DNA from: Candidatus Bathyarchaeia archaeon
GTDB taxonomy: Archaea; Thermoproteota; CALKCG01; B24; JAGTQN01
DNA: 64,000 bases
Assembly: GCA_038850515.1 (NCBI GenBank)
Contig: JAWCLV010000002.1
Span: forward strand, 1,966-65,965
Reading direction: 5' to 3'
In this document: in pieces, positions 45,801 to 54,403 of the stretch
Numbering within the stretch: position 1 is the stretch's first letter
How the letters are laid out: each line of letters begins with the position of its first letter
Notes under the pieces: generated by a model
What the model saw: only the letters and a program-made list of their open reading frames with translations
What the model was told of the DNA's origin: nothing
The model's database searches: none
Translations under genes and position numbers: made by a program

Positions 45801-46619
45801 TTGGATATAGTAGATACCCACGTCCATCTCTATTCTGAGGATGAAACTCGGTACCCTATGAAGAAAGATCCCCTTCGTCCTCCATCGGGAACCGGGACGG
45901 TAGCCCATTTGAGAAGGGTAACAAGCCATGCAGGTGTTAAAAAGATCGTTGCGATTCAAACTGGAACGGCTTATCTTTACGATAATCGATTCTTGGCAGA
46001 TACAGTAAAGGCAAATCGAGATTGGATGAGGGGCGTCTGTACTTTAGATCCTAGCGACCCCTCCAGTCCTACGGAGCTTACACGCCTTGTGAATGAGTAT
46101 GGGATGAGGGGGCTGCGCGTTCCTTTTTCTGAGGCTAAGGGGCATGAAGACCTAAAAAGGATGTGGAAGGCGGCTAGTAGCCTTGGAATAGTCATCTGTG
46201 CCCATTTTCGCGGCGACTACTATAATACCTTGGCTAATCTCTTGGAGCTTTTCCCGGAGGTTCCTGTGGTTCTCGACCATTGCGCTTATCCTTCGGTCTT
46301 GGAGGCGCCCGAATACACCACGATAAAAAGGCTTTTGGAGCTAAGCCTTTTCCGAAACTTATACGCGAAGCTGAGCTTTGTAGTCATGGCTTCAACCATG
46401 CCCTATCCATGCTCTGATGCGCACATTCTTGTGAAGAAGGTGATTGAAGGATTTGGGGCTGAACGATGTATGTGGGGAAGCTGCTTCCCTACAGAGCTAT
46501 GGATACCTAAGGTAACATATGAGCAACACCTACAAATTTTCACAAAGGAGATGGATCTCGATGAAGATGTCAAGAGAATAATCTTGGAAAGGACGCCGTT
46601 AGAACTGTGGTTCAAGTAA
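45801..46619 (+). CDS. amidohydrolase-2 family protein (lactonase/decarboxylase type)
   Basis: 272 aa. IVDTHVHLY, VLDHCAYP and other features typical of PF04909-like enzymes. Confidence 0.7.
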   Translation: MDIVDTHVHLYSEDETRYPMKKDPLRPPSGTGTVAHLRRVTSHAGVKKIVAIQTGTAYLYDNRFLADTVKANRDWMRGVCTLDPSDPSSPTELTRLVNEYGMRGLRVPFSEAKGHEDLKRMWKAASSLGIVICAHFRGDYYNTLANLLELFPEVPVVLDHCAYPSVLEAPEYTTIKRLLELSLFRNLYAKLSFVVMASTMPYPCSDAHILVKKVIEGFGAERCMWGSCFPTELWIPKVTYEQHLQIFTKEMDLDEDVKRIILERTPLELWFK

Positions 46620-47125
46620 GGATCCTCCTTCTGAACCAAATATCCCTATGAACTTTAAAGCTGGAACTGAAATCCTTTGGAATAATCCGCCTTTATTTCT
46701 TCGCGTTTTATTTCAGTCGTTCGAAGGTATTCTTATAGTATAGATTTGAAGGTATCGTCATATTATGCAAGAAAGATATTCTTTTATGGCTTCCAAGCTA
46801 TTCATATAATCTTTTTTACAGAAGTTCGGCTTCTATGAAATCCAATAAAGGAAATACGTCCTTATTTTCATAGGGCTAGAGCGGCTAGAATATCTCCTCG
46901 CTGTCTACCGAAGGTAGGAAAGCCGATGAATCTTTCAAAAATGCCTTAAGAACGCATATGTACGATAAAATCGGGAATTATCGCTTTACGAATGGAAGTA
47001 AAGAATTCGAATGGGAATCGAATTTGGTAGGGATAAGGAGCTGTTTTTCATCTATCAGAAGGTTTAACTTTTCGATAAACGATTTATGTAAATGCCAGTA
47101 GCATGCAAGGAGGATTAATATTACA

Positions 47126-47356
47126 ATGCCCCTATCAAAAATGGTCGATAAGGCCGATAAGCTTCTAAGGCAAAAGAGAGTAGCGCCTTTGGATGGAGGA
47201 AGGTATAATGTCATAGGGGATCATGGTACTTATCTCGTCCAGGTCTCGCCTAACGGAAGCCTCTCATGCAACTGCCCAGGATTTCAGTCGAAAAGACGTT
47301 GTAGTCATGTTGCAGCCGTCCTAATTCTTCGAGAAATAAAAAAGGGAAAAGGCTAG
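47126..47356 (+). CDS. SWIM zinc-finger protein
   Basis: 76 aa. CNCPGFQSKRRCSHV matches the CxCxnCxH pattern. Confidence 0.6.
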   Translation: MPLSKMVDKADKLLRQKRVAPLDGGRYNVIGDHGTYLVQVSPNGSLSCNCPGFQSKRRCSHVAAVLILREIKKGKG

Positions 47357-47397
47357 GCTGATCGAAGTCGAAGCGCTGCGAGCCTAGACGATATAAG

Positions 47398-48588
47398 CTA
47401 AATTTCTAAAAATTCCAATTGTCGTAGTACGTGGCTTCTAATCTCATCGACCGAAGGGAGGGAAGATACGATTTTTCCATCTATGAGAAGGGGCTTTAGC
47501 ATGGATTCCATGACGCCTCCGCATCTTGGACATTTAGGAGGCGCATTAGATGAAGGCTGGACAATGTCTATGAGGCATCTAAGGCATCGGAACACATCCT
47601 TCCTCCCACCAAGCTTCCCCCTCTTCGCAAGGGGCTTTCCTTCGACCTCGACGATGTCTAGGGCAAAATCGATGGTGGGTGCATTGCTCACAGAAGTCCC
47701 TACACCGAAACCATCGGCCCCTGCCTCTATCAAGCTTGGTATATTCCTTTCGTTAAGACCTCCAGAGGCTATGATCTTTACCTTTTGAAAGCCCCTTATA
47801 TCGAGCTCCCACCTAACCTCCTTGATAATCGTGGCAAAATCTCCCTTCCTAGATCCTGGAGTATCGAGCCTTACGCCATAGAGGGCTTCCCCCAAGGCTT
47901 CTGCTGCCATCAAAGCTTCTATTTTCTCATCATAGAAGGTATCAACAAGGGCTATGCGAGGCACATCCGGTGGCATCAAGGCATGGAAGGCCTTCCATGC
48001 CTTTATCTGATCCCCGAAGACTATGATGAGGGCGTGGGGCATGGTCCCCATGGGCTTTTTCCCGATATATTTGGCTCCGATAAGACTGGAGACTCCATCA
48101 AAGCCCCCTATATACGTAGCCCTATCGATCATCGGTGCCAGGGCTGGATGCATCCTTCGGATTCCAAAGCCTATGAGAAGCCTGTTTCCCGCGACCTTCC
48201 TTATGCGGGCTGCCATGGTGGCGATGCCAGAAGCTTGGCATAGAAGTCCTAGCAAGGGTGTTTCAAGAAGGCAGAATTCCCCATAGGGGCCTTCGATCGT
48301 AAGGACAGGGACCCTATAGCCCCTTGCATCAGTAGGTCGGAAGAAGGAGCCTTCGGGAAAGGCTTTTACGCTTACTGGATAGCCCTCCAAGAGCCTTATA
48401 GCCTCCTCAAGACCGCATAGGATTCCCCATGGCCATCGTTCCGGAAGATCTGAAGTAGTGCATTCCATAAGAACATGCTTACGACTTAGACCATAGGCTT
48501 CAAGGATCTGGCGGGTTCTAAGGAAGTAAACGTCTGTCGTTCCTCCTCTTTTGATCTCTTCGGCTGAGGAAATGAAGAAGGAATCCAT
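47398..48588 (-). CDS. nicotinate phosphoribosyltransferase (archaeal type) with C-terminal zinc ribbon
   Basis: 396 aa. N-terminus GGTTDVYFLRTRQILE, barrel motifs, and C-terminal CLRC...CPRCG. Confidence 0.8.
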   Translation of the reverse strand: MDSFFISSAEEIKRGGTTDVYFLRTRQILEAYGLSRKHVLMECTTSDLPERWPWGILCGLEEAIRLLEGYPVSVKAFPEGSFFRPTDARGYRVPVLTIEGPYGEFCLLETPLLGLLCQASGIATMAARIRKVAGNRLLIGFGIRRMHPALAPMIDRATYIGGFDGVSSLIGAKYIGKKPMGTMPHALIIVFGDQIKAWKAFHALMPPDVPRIALVDTFYDEKIEALMAAEALGEALYGVRLDTPGSRKGDFATIIKEVRWELDIRGFQKVKIIASGGLNERNIPSLIEAGADGFGVGTSVSNAPTIDFALDIVEVEGKPLAKRGKLGGRKDVFRCLRCLIDIVQPSSNAPPKCPRCGGVMESMLKPLLIDGKIVSSLPSVDEIRSHVLRQLEFLEI

Positions 48589-48741
48589 TACAAAGACCTC
48601 TTTTTTCTTTTCTTTTTATTCTCCCGTTTCCTTCCTATCGCAATTCTCTCCCAATTAGAGTTATAACTCTATGAATCTTAAGCCCTAGCCCAGCTATCCT
48701 TAAATCCCTTCCCTCGAGAAAAAGGAGGTGGCGACAAAACC

Positions 48742-49269
48742 TTGCCTTGCGGTGAAAGGAAGGCTTCCGATTATTTTCAAAAAACCTTTAAGGTTGTAGC
48801 CCTTGGAGGGACCTTTGACATTTTCCATAAGGGACATGAGGCGATGATCCTTAAGGCTCTAGCCATTGGAGAAAAGGTAATAATTGGTCTAACGAGTGAT
48901 GATTTTGCCAAAATACTAGGGAAGCCCCATCCAATTAAGGGATTTGAGGAAAGGAAAATCGTCCTAGAGGAATTTCTAAGAGGCCTAGGAGCCCTTTCTA
49001 GGGTCGAGATCGTACCTCTGAACGATCCATATGGAATCGCAGCCACGAGCCAGGACATCGAAGCCCTTATCGTATCGGAAGAGACGGAGCATCGAGGCCT
49101 TGAGCTGAACGATTTGAGGAAAAGAAGGGGTCTCAGGCCCCTAAGCATTATAGTGGTTCCAATGGTCCGGGGGATGGATGGCAATCCTATAAGCAGTACA
49201 GCCATAAGACTTGGCCGAATAAAAAGGGATGGAAGTCTACCAGAAGCTCCTTCGAAGAGTTCTTCATAG
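48742..49269 (+). CDS. phosphopantetheine adenylyltransferase, archaeal cytidylyltransferase-family type
   Basis: 175 aa. VALGGTFDIFHKGHEAMI contains the HxGH motif, and ISSTAIR is present. Confidence 0.7.
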   Translation: MPCGERKASDYFQKTFKVVALGGTFDIFHKGHEAMILKALAIGEKVIIGLTSDDFAKILGKPHPIKGFEERKIVLEEFLRGLGALSRVEIVPLNDPYGIAATSQDIEALIVSEETEHRGLELNDLRKRRGLRPLSIIVVPMVRGMDGNPISSTAIRLGRIKRDGSLPEAPSKSSS

Positions 49270-49371
49270 ATTTCACGAACTTCATCGGTTGAATTGATCT
49301 AAGAAATTCCTAAAAGAAAATAGCCTTATCTATGGTTTAGATAAAAAGGGATTAGGTGGAATGCGTAGCAT

Positions 49372-50709
49372 ATGTATGACCTCATCATTGCGGGGGCAGG
49401 AACTGCCGGATGCTTGGTGGCAAAGACAGGGGCATCCTTTGGGCTTAAGGTTTGTCTCTTGGATGCAAAGCCCCTTTCAAGAATAGGGGATAAGGTATGT
49501 GGCGATGCCATTGGGAAGCATCATTTCGACAAGCTTGGCTTGGCCTATCCAAAAAACGAAGAGCTCACTGGCGAGCTGAAGGGTTGTAAGGTCCTATCAC
49601 CAGATAGCCAGACCTCTTTTACCATAGAAGGCCTCGGAGCCAAGGCCTTCATGGTAAACCGCCATGCCTTCGGCCAACGCCTTCTTAAGGAAGCTATGGA
49701 TGCGGGTGCCCTTGTCCTTGAAAGAACCATAGCCTTGGAACCGATTTTTCAGGATGGATTCATTCGAGGTGTAAGGGTCCTAGGACCTAATGGAAAAAGG
49801 GAGATGCATGGGAGGATTATCGTAGATGCTACAGGGTTTCAAGGAGCCTTGAGGAAAAGGCTTCCACCCAAGCTAGGCATACAGGTGCAGGTTGCCCAAG
49901 AGGACCTTCAGGTTGCCTATAGGGAAATTAGGGTCCTTGAGGCACCCTTGGAAAATCAAGACTATGGGCTTATCTTCCTAGGATCGAAGATCGCCCCGGG
50001 AGGATATGCATGGCTATTCCCGAAAGGAAGGGAGATAGTGAATGTAGGCGTCGGAGTCCAGGCGAGGGAGGGGTATCCAAATCCAAAGCGTCAGCTTTCC
50101 CTTTTCTTGGAAGAACATAAGTTTTTGAAGGCTTCGAAAGTCTTGGATGCAGGGGGTGGAATCGTTCCAACAAGGCGACCGCTTCTATGCCTTGTGGCAG
50201 GAGGCTTCATGATCGTAGGGGATGCAGCATGTCAGGTGAACCCTATCCATGGAGGGGGTATAGGGCCTTCCATGACAGGTGGGAAGATGGCGGCGGAGGC
50301 TGCCGTAGAGGCTTTGGAGAAAGGGGAAGCAAGCCGGGAAAATCTTTGGAGCTACTGCCTCCGATACCTAAGGGGCTATGGGGCTAAGCAAGCCGTCCTT
50401 GATGTTTTTAGGCACTTCCTTCAAGAAGCTAAAGATGAGGAGCTTAACTATGGCATGAGCCATCATATCATTGAGGAGGAGGATGTCCTAAAGGTAAGCC
50501 TCTATGGAGAAGTGAGGCTAAATATAACTGAAAGGGCAAGGCGCTTTTTCAAGGCGAAGGGATGCCTCGGCTTCCTCCTACGCCTAAGAAGGACTACAAG
50601 GCTTATGAAGAGGGCCAAGGAACTTTATGAAGCCTTCCCCAATCCTGAAGATTATGAAAGGTGGCTCAAGGCAGAAAATAGGCTTTTCGAAGAGGTTCGG
50701 AAGCTTTAG
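49372..50709 (+). CDS. geranylgeranyl reductase family flavoprotein (digeranylgeranylglycerophospholipid reductase-like)
   Basis: 445 aa. YDLIIAGAGTAGC is an FAD fold. Also GDKVCGD and VGDAACQVNPIHGGGI. Confidence 0.85.
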   Translation: MYDLIIAGAGTAGCLVAKTGASFGLKVCLLDAKPLSRIGDKVCGDAIGKHHFDKLGLAYPKNEELTGELKGCKVLSPDSQTSFTIEGLGAKAFMVNRHAFGQRLLKEAMDAGALVLERTIALEPIFQDGFIRGVRVLGPNGKREMHGRIIVDATGFQGALRKRLPPKLGIQVQVAQEDLQVAYREIRVLEAPLENQDYGLIFLGSKIAPGGYAWLFPKGREIVNVGVGVQAREGYPNPKRQLSLFLEEHKFLKASKVLDAGGGIVPTRRPLLCLVAGGFMIVGDAACQVNPIHGGGIGPSMTGGKMAAEAAVEALEKGEASRENLWSYCLRYLRGYGAKQAVLDVFRHFLQEAKDEELNYGMSHHIIEEEDVLKVSLYGEVRLNITERARRFFKAKGCLGFLLRLRRTTRLMKRAKELYEAFPNPEDYERWLKAENRLFEEVRKL

Positions 50710-50785
50710 GAGGCTTTGTAAAGCCAAAGTGAAAAAGAAAAAGACTTTAACTCCTGCTTTCTATAAAAGGACGAGGAAGATCCAG

Positions 50786-51503
50786 TTGGGGCTTGAGGAA
50801 CAGAAGGAAAGGCTCATACAAGCCTACATACGCCAGGGCATCCTTCAAACTCCATCCGTCATCGAGGCCTTTCGAAGGACGCCTCGGGAAGAATTCCTTC
50901 CGAGGGACTTAAGACCCTATGCCTATAACGACACCCCCCTTCCAGTTGGATGGGGACAGACCATATCGGCGCCTCTTAGCTCGGCCCTTGGGACCGGCTA
51001 GGCGATACATGGTTTGTATAATGAATGAAAGCCTGGAGCTTAAGCCTGGGCATAGGGTCCTCGAGGTTGGAGCAGGGACAGGATATCATGCCTGTACGAT
51101 AGCTGAAATAGTTGCTCCTTTAAGTCTTCCACGGGAAAGGAGAGGGCATGTCTGGACGGTAGAAATCGTTCCCCAACTGGCCGATTTTGCGAGGAAGAAC
51201 GTGGAAAGACTTGGATATGGAGATAGGGTTGATGTTATTCTTGGGGATGGCTCCCTAGGCTTGCCGAAGTATGCACCCTACGATAGAATTCTCGTGACTG
51301 CTTCAGCACCTGACATTCCAGAGCCCCTCTTCGAACAGCTTGTTCCAAAGGGAATTCTCGTCATTCCTGTAGGGCACATATCCTTTTATCAAGAGCTCCT
51401 TCGTGTTCGGAAAAGGAGCGATGGCTCAAAGGATGTGGAAAGACTTGGAGGCGTAGCCTTTGTTCCTTTGAGGGGGGAAAAGGGCTGGAAGTTCTCATGG
51501 TAG
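50786..51503 (+). CDS. pcm: protein-L-isoaspartate O-methyltransferase, interrupted by a 31-nt BHB intron; exons 50786-50975 and 51007-51503
   Basis: Two overlapping-frame ORFs (50627-51001 and 50919-51503) carry the N- and C-terminal halves of PCMT (GQTISAP / MVCIMNESLELKPGHRVLEVGAGTGY). Joined at the BHB sites they give 687 nt, or 228 aa. The start is uncertain: TTG 50786 or GTG 50729. Confidence 0.75.
50976..51006 (+). other. predicted bulge-helix-bulge intron inside the pcm coding sequence
   Basis: Central helix CGCC (50970-73) pairs with GGCG (51001-04). The 3-nt bulges are TCT (50974-76) and ATA (51005-07). Inner helix TAGC (50977-80) pairs with GCTA (50997-51000) and extends through CGG/CCG. 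Cutting after the second bulge nucleotide on each side removes 31 nt. Confidence 0.7.
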
Positions 51504-51574
51504 TTTCTAATCTCAACTAAATAATAAAGGGAATTCTCAGACATCTTTCGAAATAGAAGAAGGAGGCGCCGTGT

Positions 51575-52024
51575 ATTTCTTCCCAAATCCGAAAATCGCA
51601 GCCTAAAAGGCTAGAATTCATAGAAGCTCATGGCCACCCTAACATTACAGCCCTCCATAGGACGACCTTAGAAATTACTAAGGAAAAGAAGCTTACGCCA
51701 AAGGGCACATGCATAGTTGCCGTAGGAGCTACTAAAGGGGCAGCAGACCTAAGCCCCTCCTTCAGAGAGCTCGTACGCATGGGGGGATTCGTAACCCTAA
51801 GGCTGAAGGTTGACGATATGATCTTTGAAGTCCATGGAAAGGGTGCAAAGGAACTGGAGCTGAGTCATCCAACGGATATCGTTTGTAGGAAGAGTTCTTA
51901 CATTTGTCAAAGAACACTCATGATAGATGCTGACAAAGCGGCCTGCGATGTTCCTAGGCGAATGGTTGAGATGTTGAAGGATCCAGCTAAGACAATAAGG
52001 ATCGAGTTGGAAGCTTCAATCTGA
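51575..52024 (+). CDS. DUF371 family protein (start codon unresolved)
   Basis: The frame is open from 51557. EAHGHPNITALHRTTLEITKEKKLTPKGTCIVAV matches the DUF371 N-terminus and lies upstream of the first ATG (51779). No ATG, GTG or TTG precedes it in frame. ATT at 51575 lies 8 nt after GGAGG. Confidence 0.55.
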   Translation: MSSQIRKSQPKRLEFIEAHGHPNITALHRTTLEITKEKKLTPKGTCIVAVGATKGAADLSPSFRELVRMGGFVTLRLKVDDMIFEVHGKGAKELELSHPTDIVCRKSSYICQRTLMIDADKAACDVPRRMVEMLKDPAKTIRIELEASI

Positions 52025-52037
52025 TTTAGATTCCTCT

Positions 52038-53120
52038 TTACGCTCCAAACTTCTTCCTAAGCTCCCGTCGTCTCACGAAAGCGTCTATGACGATTTGGTA
52101 CTTGTGGGGGGCTATTTCCCTAACAATTCTCTTGGCAAGAACTCTAGCCTCCACTCCCTGGCATTCTATCGAATTCTTCAGAGTTTCTTCGGCATCCTTC
52201 AAAGGATCTGGATCCCTTGCAAAACTGTAGAAATGGATTATGCCGCCTTCCGGCTTAAGGGCCTTCAAAGCAGTATCTAAAAATTCAAATGCCTTTGATG
52301 GAAGGTTCATGATGATTCGATCACCGATGCCCTTTAGCCTTTCCTCCACAACCTCCCTTGCATCGCCCTCAAGGACGGTCACAAGACCCTGGACCCTGTT
52401 CTCTATGACATTTTCCATCAAGTATTTGACGGCATAAGGATTTACATCGATGGCAAAGACCCTCCCGTTCTTTAAGCGCTTGGCAATTTGAATGGCGAAG
52501 GGACCAACACCAGAGAAAAGGTCTATGACCGTTTCTCCGGGACCCACAAAGGACGCAACTCGTTGACGCTCGAAGGAAAGCCTAGGGCTAAAGTAGACCC
52601 TCGAAACATCCAAGCGAAAAATGCATCCATTCTCACGATGCATCGTTTCCGTAGAACCCGTTCCGGCTATGACCTCTAGGTCCCTAACCCTTTCCATTCC
52701 ATAAACTGCTCCTTTCTCTGCCATTACGAGACGTATGTGCCTATAGAGACTGAGGACCCCTTCCCCTATGGAATTCCTGAAGTCCCAGAGGCTCTTAGGA
52801 AGTCTCAAGATGGCTATATCTCCAATAATGTCTAGGCTCTTAGGAAGCTTTGATAGCACTTCCTTAGGAAGGTATAAGGCTAGGGCATCCTTAAGACATC
52901 TTGGCCTTTTGAAAGCCTTTCGACAGGAGGTTTCCAAGATTTTCCAATCCTTTCCAAGGTTGGTATCAAGCTCTACGGACGAAGGATTCCTAAGAATTGG
53001 AATGTAGAGGAATTCGCCCTTCCGAAGAATCTGGTACGATTTATCGATGATTTTCATTGCCCTGAGTAATGTTATGGCATCTTGACCCTTTTTCTTATGA
53101 ACTTGTAGGCAGAGGGTCAA
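52038..53120 (-). CDS. trm5: tRNA (guanine37-N1)-methyltransferase Trm5/Taw22 family (Met-10+ like)
   Basis: 360 aa. SAM motif VIDLFSGVGPFAI, plus NLP and the family architecture. Confidence 0.8.
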   Translation of the reverse strand: MTLCLQVHKKKGQDAITLLRAMKIIDKSYQILRKGEFLYIPILRNPSSVELDTNLGKDWKILETSCRKAFKRPRCLKDALALYLPKEVLSKLPKSLDIIGDIAILRLPKSLWDFRNSIGEGVLSLYRHIRLVMAEKGAVYGMERVRDLEVIAGTGSTETMHRENGCIFRLDVSRVYFSPRLSFERQRVASFVGPGETVIDLFSGVGPFAIQIAKRLKNGRVFAIDVNPYAVKYLMENVIENRVQGLVTVLEGDAREVVEERLKGIGDRIIMNLPSKAFEFLDTALKALKPEGGIIHFYSFARDPDPLKDAEETLKNSIECQGVEARVLAKRIVREIAPHKYQIVIDAFVRRRELRKKFGA

Positions 53121-53169
53121 AGATGAAGGCCTCTATCTGGCTTTCTATACTATCCAATGGCAGACAATG

Positions 53170-53177
53170 TTTATAAG
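53170..53177 (+). promoter_or_regulatory. TATA box upstream of tRNA-Lys
   Basis: TTTATAAG ends 22 nt before the duplicated GGGCCCGT leader and 30 nt before tRNA position 1. Confidence 0.4.
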
Positions 53178-53207
53178 CAAACCATATATTCATTGCTTTG
53201 GGCCCGT

Positions 53208-53326
53208 GGGCCCGTATGGCTAATGCCAGGGAAGCTCAGCAAGGTAGAGCGGCAGGCTCTTAACCTGTTGGACGTCTCCTTGGAACGTCCGGGGAATGGT
53301 CAGGGGTTCGATTCCCCTCGGGCCCG
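53208..53326 (+). tRNA. tRNA-Lys(CTT) with two non-canonical BHB introns (53217-53233 at position 9/10; 53269-53296 at the anticodon-stem/variable-loop junction)
   Basis: Acceptor GGGCCCG/CGGGCCC plus G73. D-arm GCTC-AGCAAGGTA-GAGC. Anticodon arm GCAGG-CTCTTAA-CCTGT. T-arm AGGGG-TTCGATT-CCCCT. Exons sum to 74 nt, and 74+17+28 = 119 nt, the genomic length. Confidence 0.85.
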
Positions 53327-53469
53327 CTACATCTTTGATCCGATCGATAAAAATAGTATTTTTTTGAGTCATTTTCTTTTTATGAAAAGTAATTTTCACC
53401 TTCGTAAATAAAATTTAAAGGAAAGAAGTTTGATAAGAAAAGCAAAAAGTATTTAAGTTTATATGAGTC

Positions 53470-53826
53470 TTATGGCCAAATTGTTATCCCTTTTCTTTCT
53501 ATTTCCTTATGTATCGAACTTCCAGAAATTCTAAGTCTTTCATATTCATCCTCGGTGTAAATATGTAGTTCAATTTGAGGAATATTAATGGAATCCCAAC
53601 AAAGGTCATAATCATCTTTCTGCTTCTCGCCTCGGTAAATAACTAGCAAGTCCACATCGCTAGCAACCGTATGCCTGCCTTCAGCATAGGATCCGAAGAG
53701 TACAACCTTCTTTATGGGGAGTTTTTTCGATAGAACCTCAGATCCCTTCCTCAGCTTTTCAATAAGTCCTTCTCTATTGAATTCTGGAAAGTAAATCCTC
53801 ACAATGCCTGATGATCTCTCGTGCAT
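53470..53826 (-). CDS. minimal nucleotidyltransferase (MNT) domain protein
   Basis: 118 aa with the VVLFGSYAEGRHTVASDVDLLV motif. Confidence 0.8.
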   Translation of the reverse strand: MHERSSGIVRIYFPEFNREGLIEKLRKGSEVLSKKLPIKKVVLFGSYAEGRHTVASDVDLLVIYRGEKQKDDYDLCWDSINIPQIELHIYTEDEYERLRISGSSIHKEIERKGITIWP

Positions 53827-54148
53827 AACCTATCAATCTCCTGGCCTCATCTTCCGTATATAGTTCGAATGGGGCACCCTCGGGATGTACATTCGGATAT
53901 CTAGTCGGAATATATGCTTTATCCAGCTCTTTTGCGATTTCCAAAAGCTCCTTCCTCAGCTTAAATTGTTCCGGTAGTCTCTGGAGAAGTCCAGCAACTG
54001 AGTGCCCGAAGGCTTCCGCCCCAATCCTTTGGAAGAGAGCTTTAATCGCTTTCTCGGCAGCTTGTTGCGAAAGAAAGCATGCCCATTCGTAAAAACCGCC
54101 CCTAAGCTCATATTCGGCATTTTCTAAATCTCTTTTCGCCTGCCTCAT
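53774..54148 (-). CDS. HEPN domain protein
   Basis: 124 aa. ACFLSQQAAEKAIKALF, GHSVAGLL and the RYP motif. Overlaps the downstream MNT gene by 53 nt. Confidence 0.75.
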   Translation of the reverse strand: MRQAKRDLENAEYELRGGFYEWACFLSQQAAEKAIKALFQRIGAEAFGHSVAGLLQRLPEQFKLRKELLEIAKELDKAYIPTRYPNVHPEGAPFELYTEDEARRLIGYAREIIRHCEDLLSRIQ

Positions 54149-54403
54149 CCAGTCCCTGCTTCTTTCTACAATAATTGAACCCTCATTTTTATTAAATAAG
54201 TTCGCTCTTAAATAAATTCGATCAAAAGCCTTGTGGGGTTCATTCCATTCTGGGAATAGACAAAAAAATGGAATCCTGCTTCATCAAATATGGGAGTCAA
54301 GCCTAAATCGATTCACCACTATAGCCCTGGGCCTAAAGTTCTCAAGCACCCATTGCTTTAAAGATTAAACGTGTAAAGGAAAAAGATTCATTGTCTTGAA
54401 GCC

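Noticed and set aside
50627-51503. pcm as a frameshifted pseudogene (two overlapping ORFs in different frames)
   Set aside because: The disruption is exactly a 31-nt element with a BHB fold. Removing it restores the frame and the conserved SAPHMV motif. Both halves are otherwise intact. An intron explains this better than decay, but it remains unproven.
53200-53207. The first GGGCCCG copy as the true tRNA-Lys 5' end, with a 25-nt intron
   Set aside because: The BHB test fails for that model: the central helix would be GCCC versus CAGG. The model using the second copy gives a consistent BHB.
53157-53411. 84-aa ORF in the track
   Set aside because: It is fully occupied by the tRNA-Lys gene and its introns, so it is spurious.
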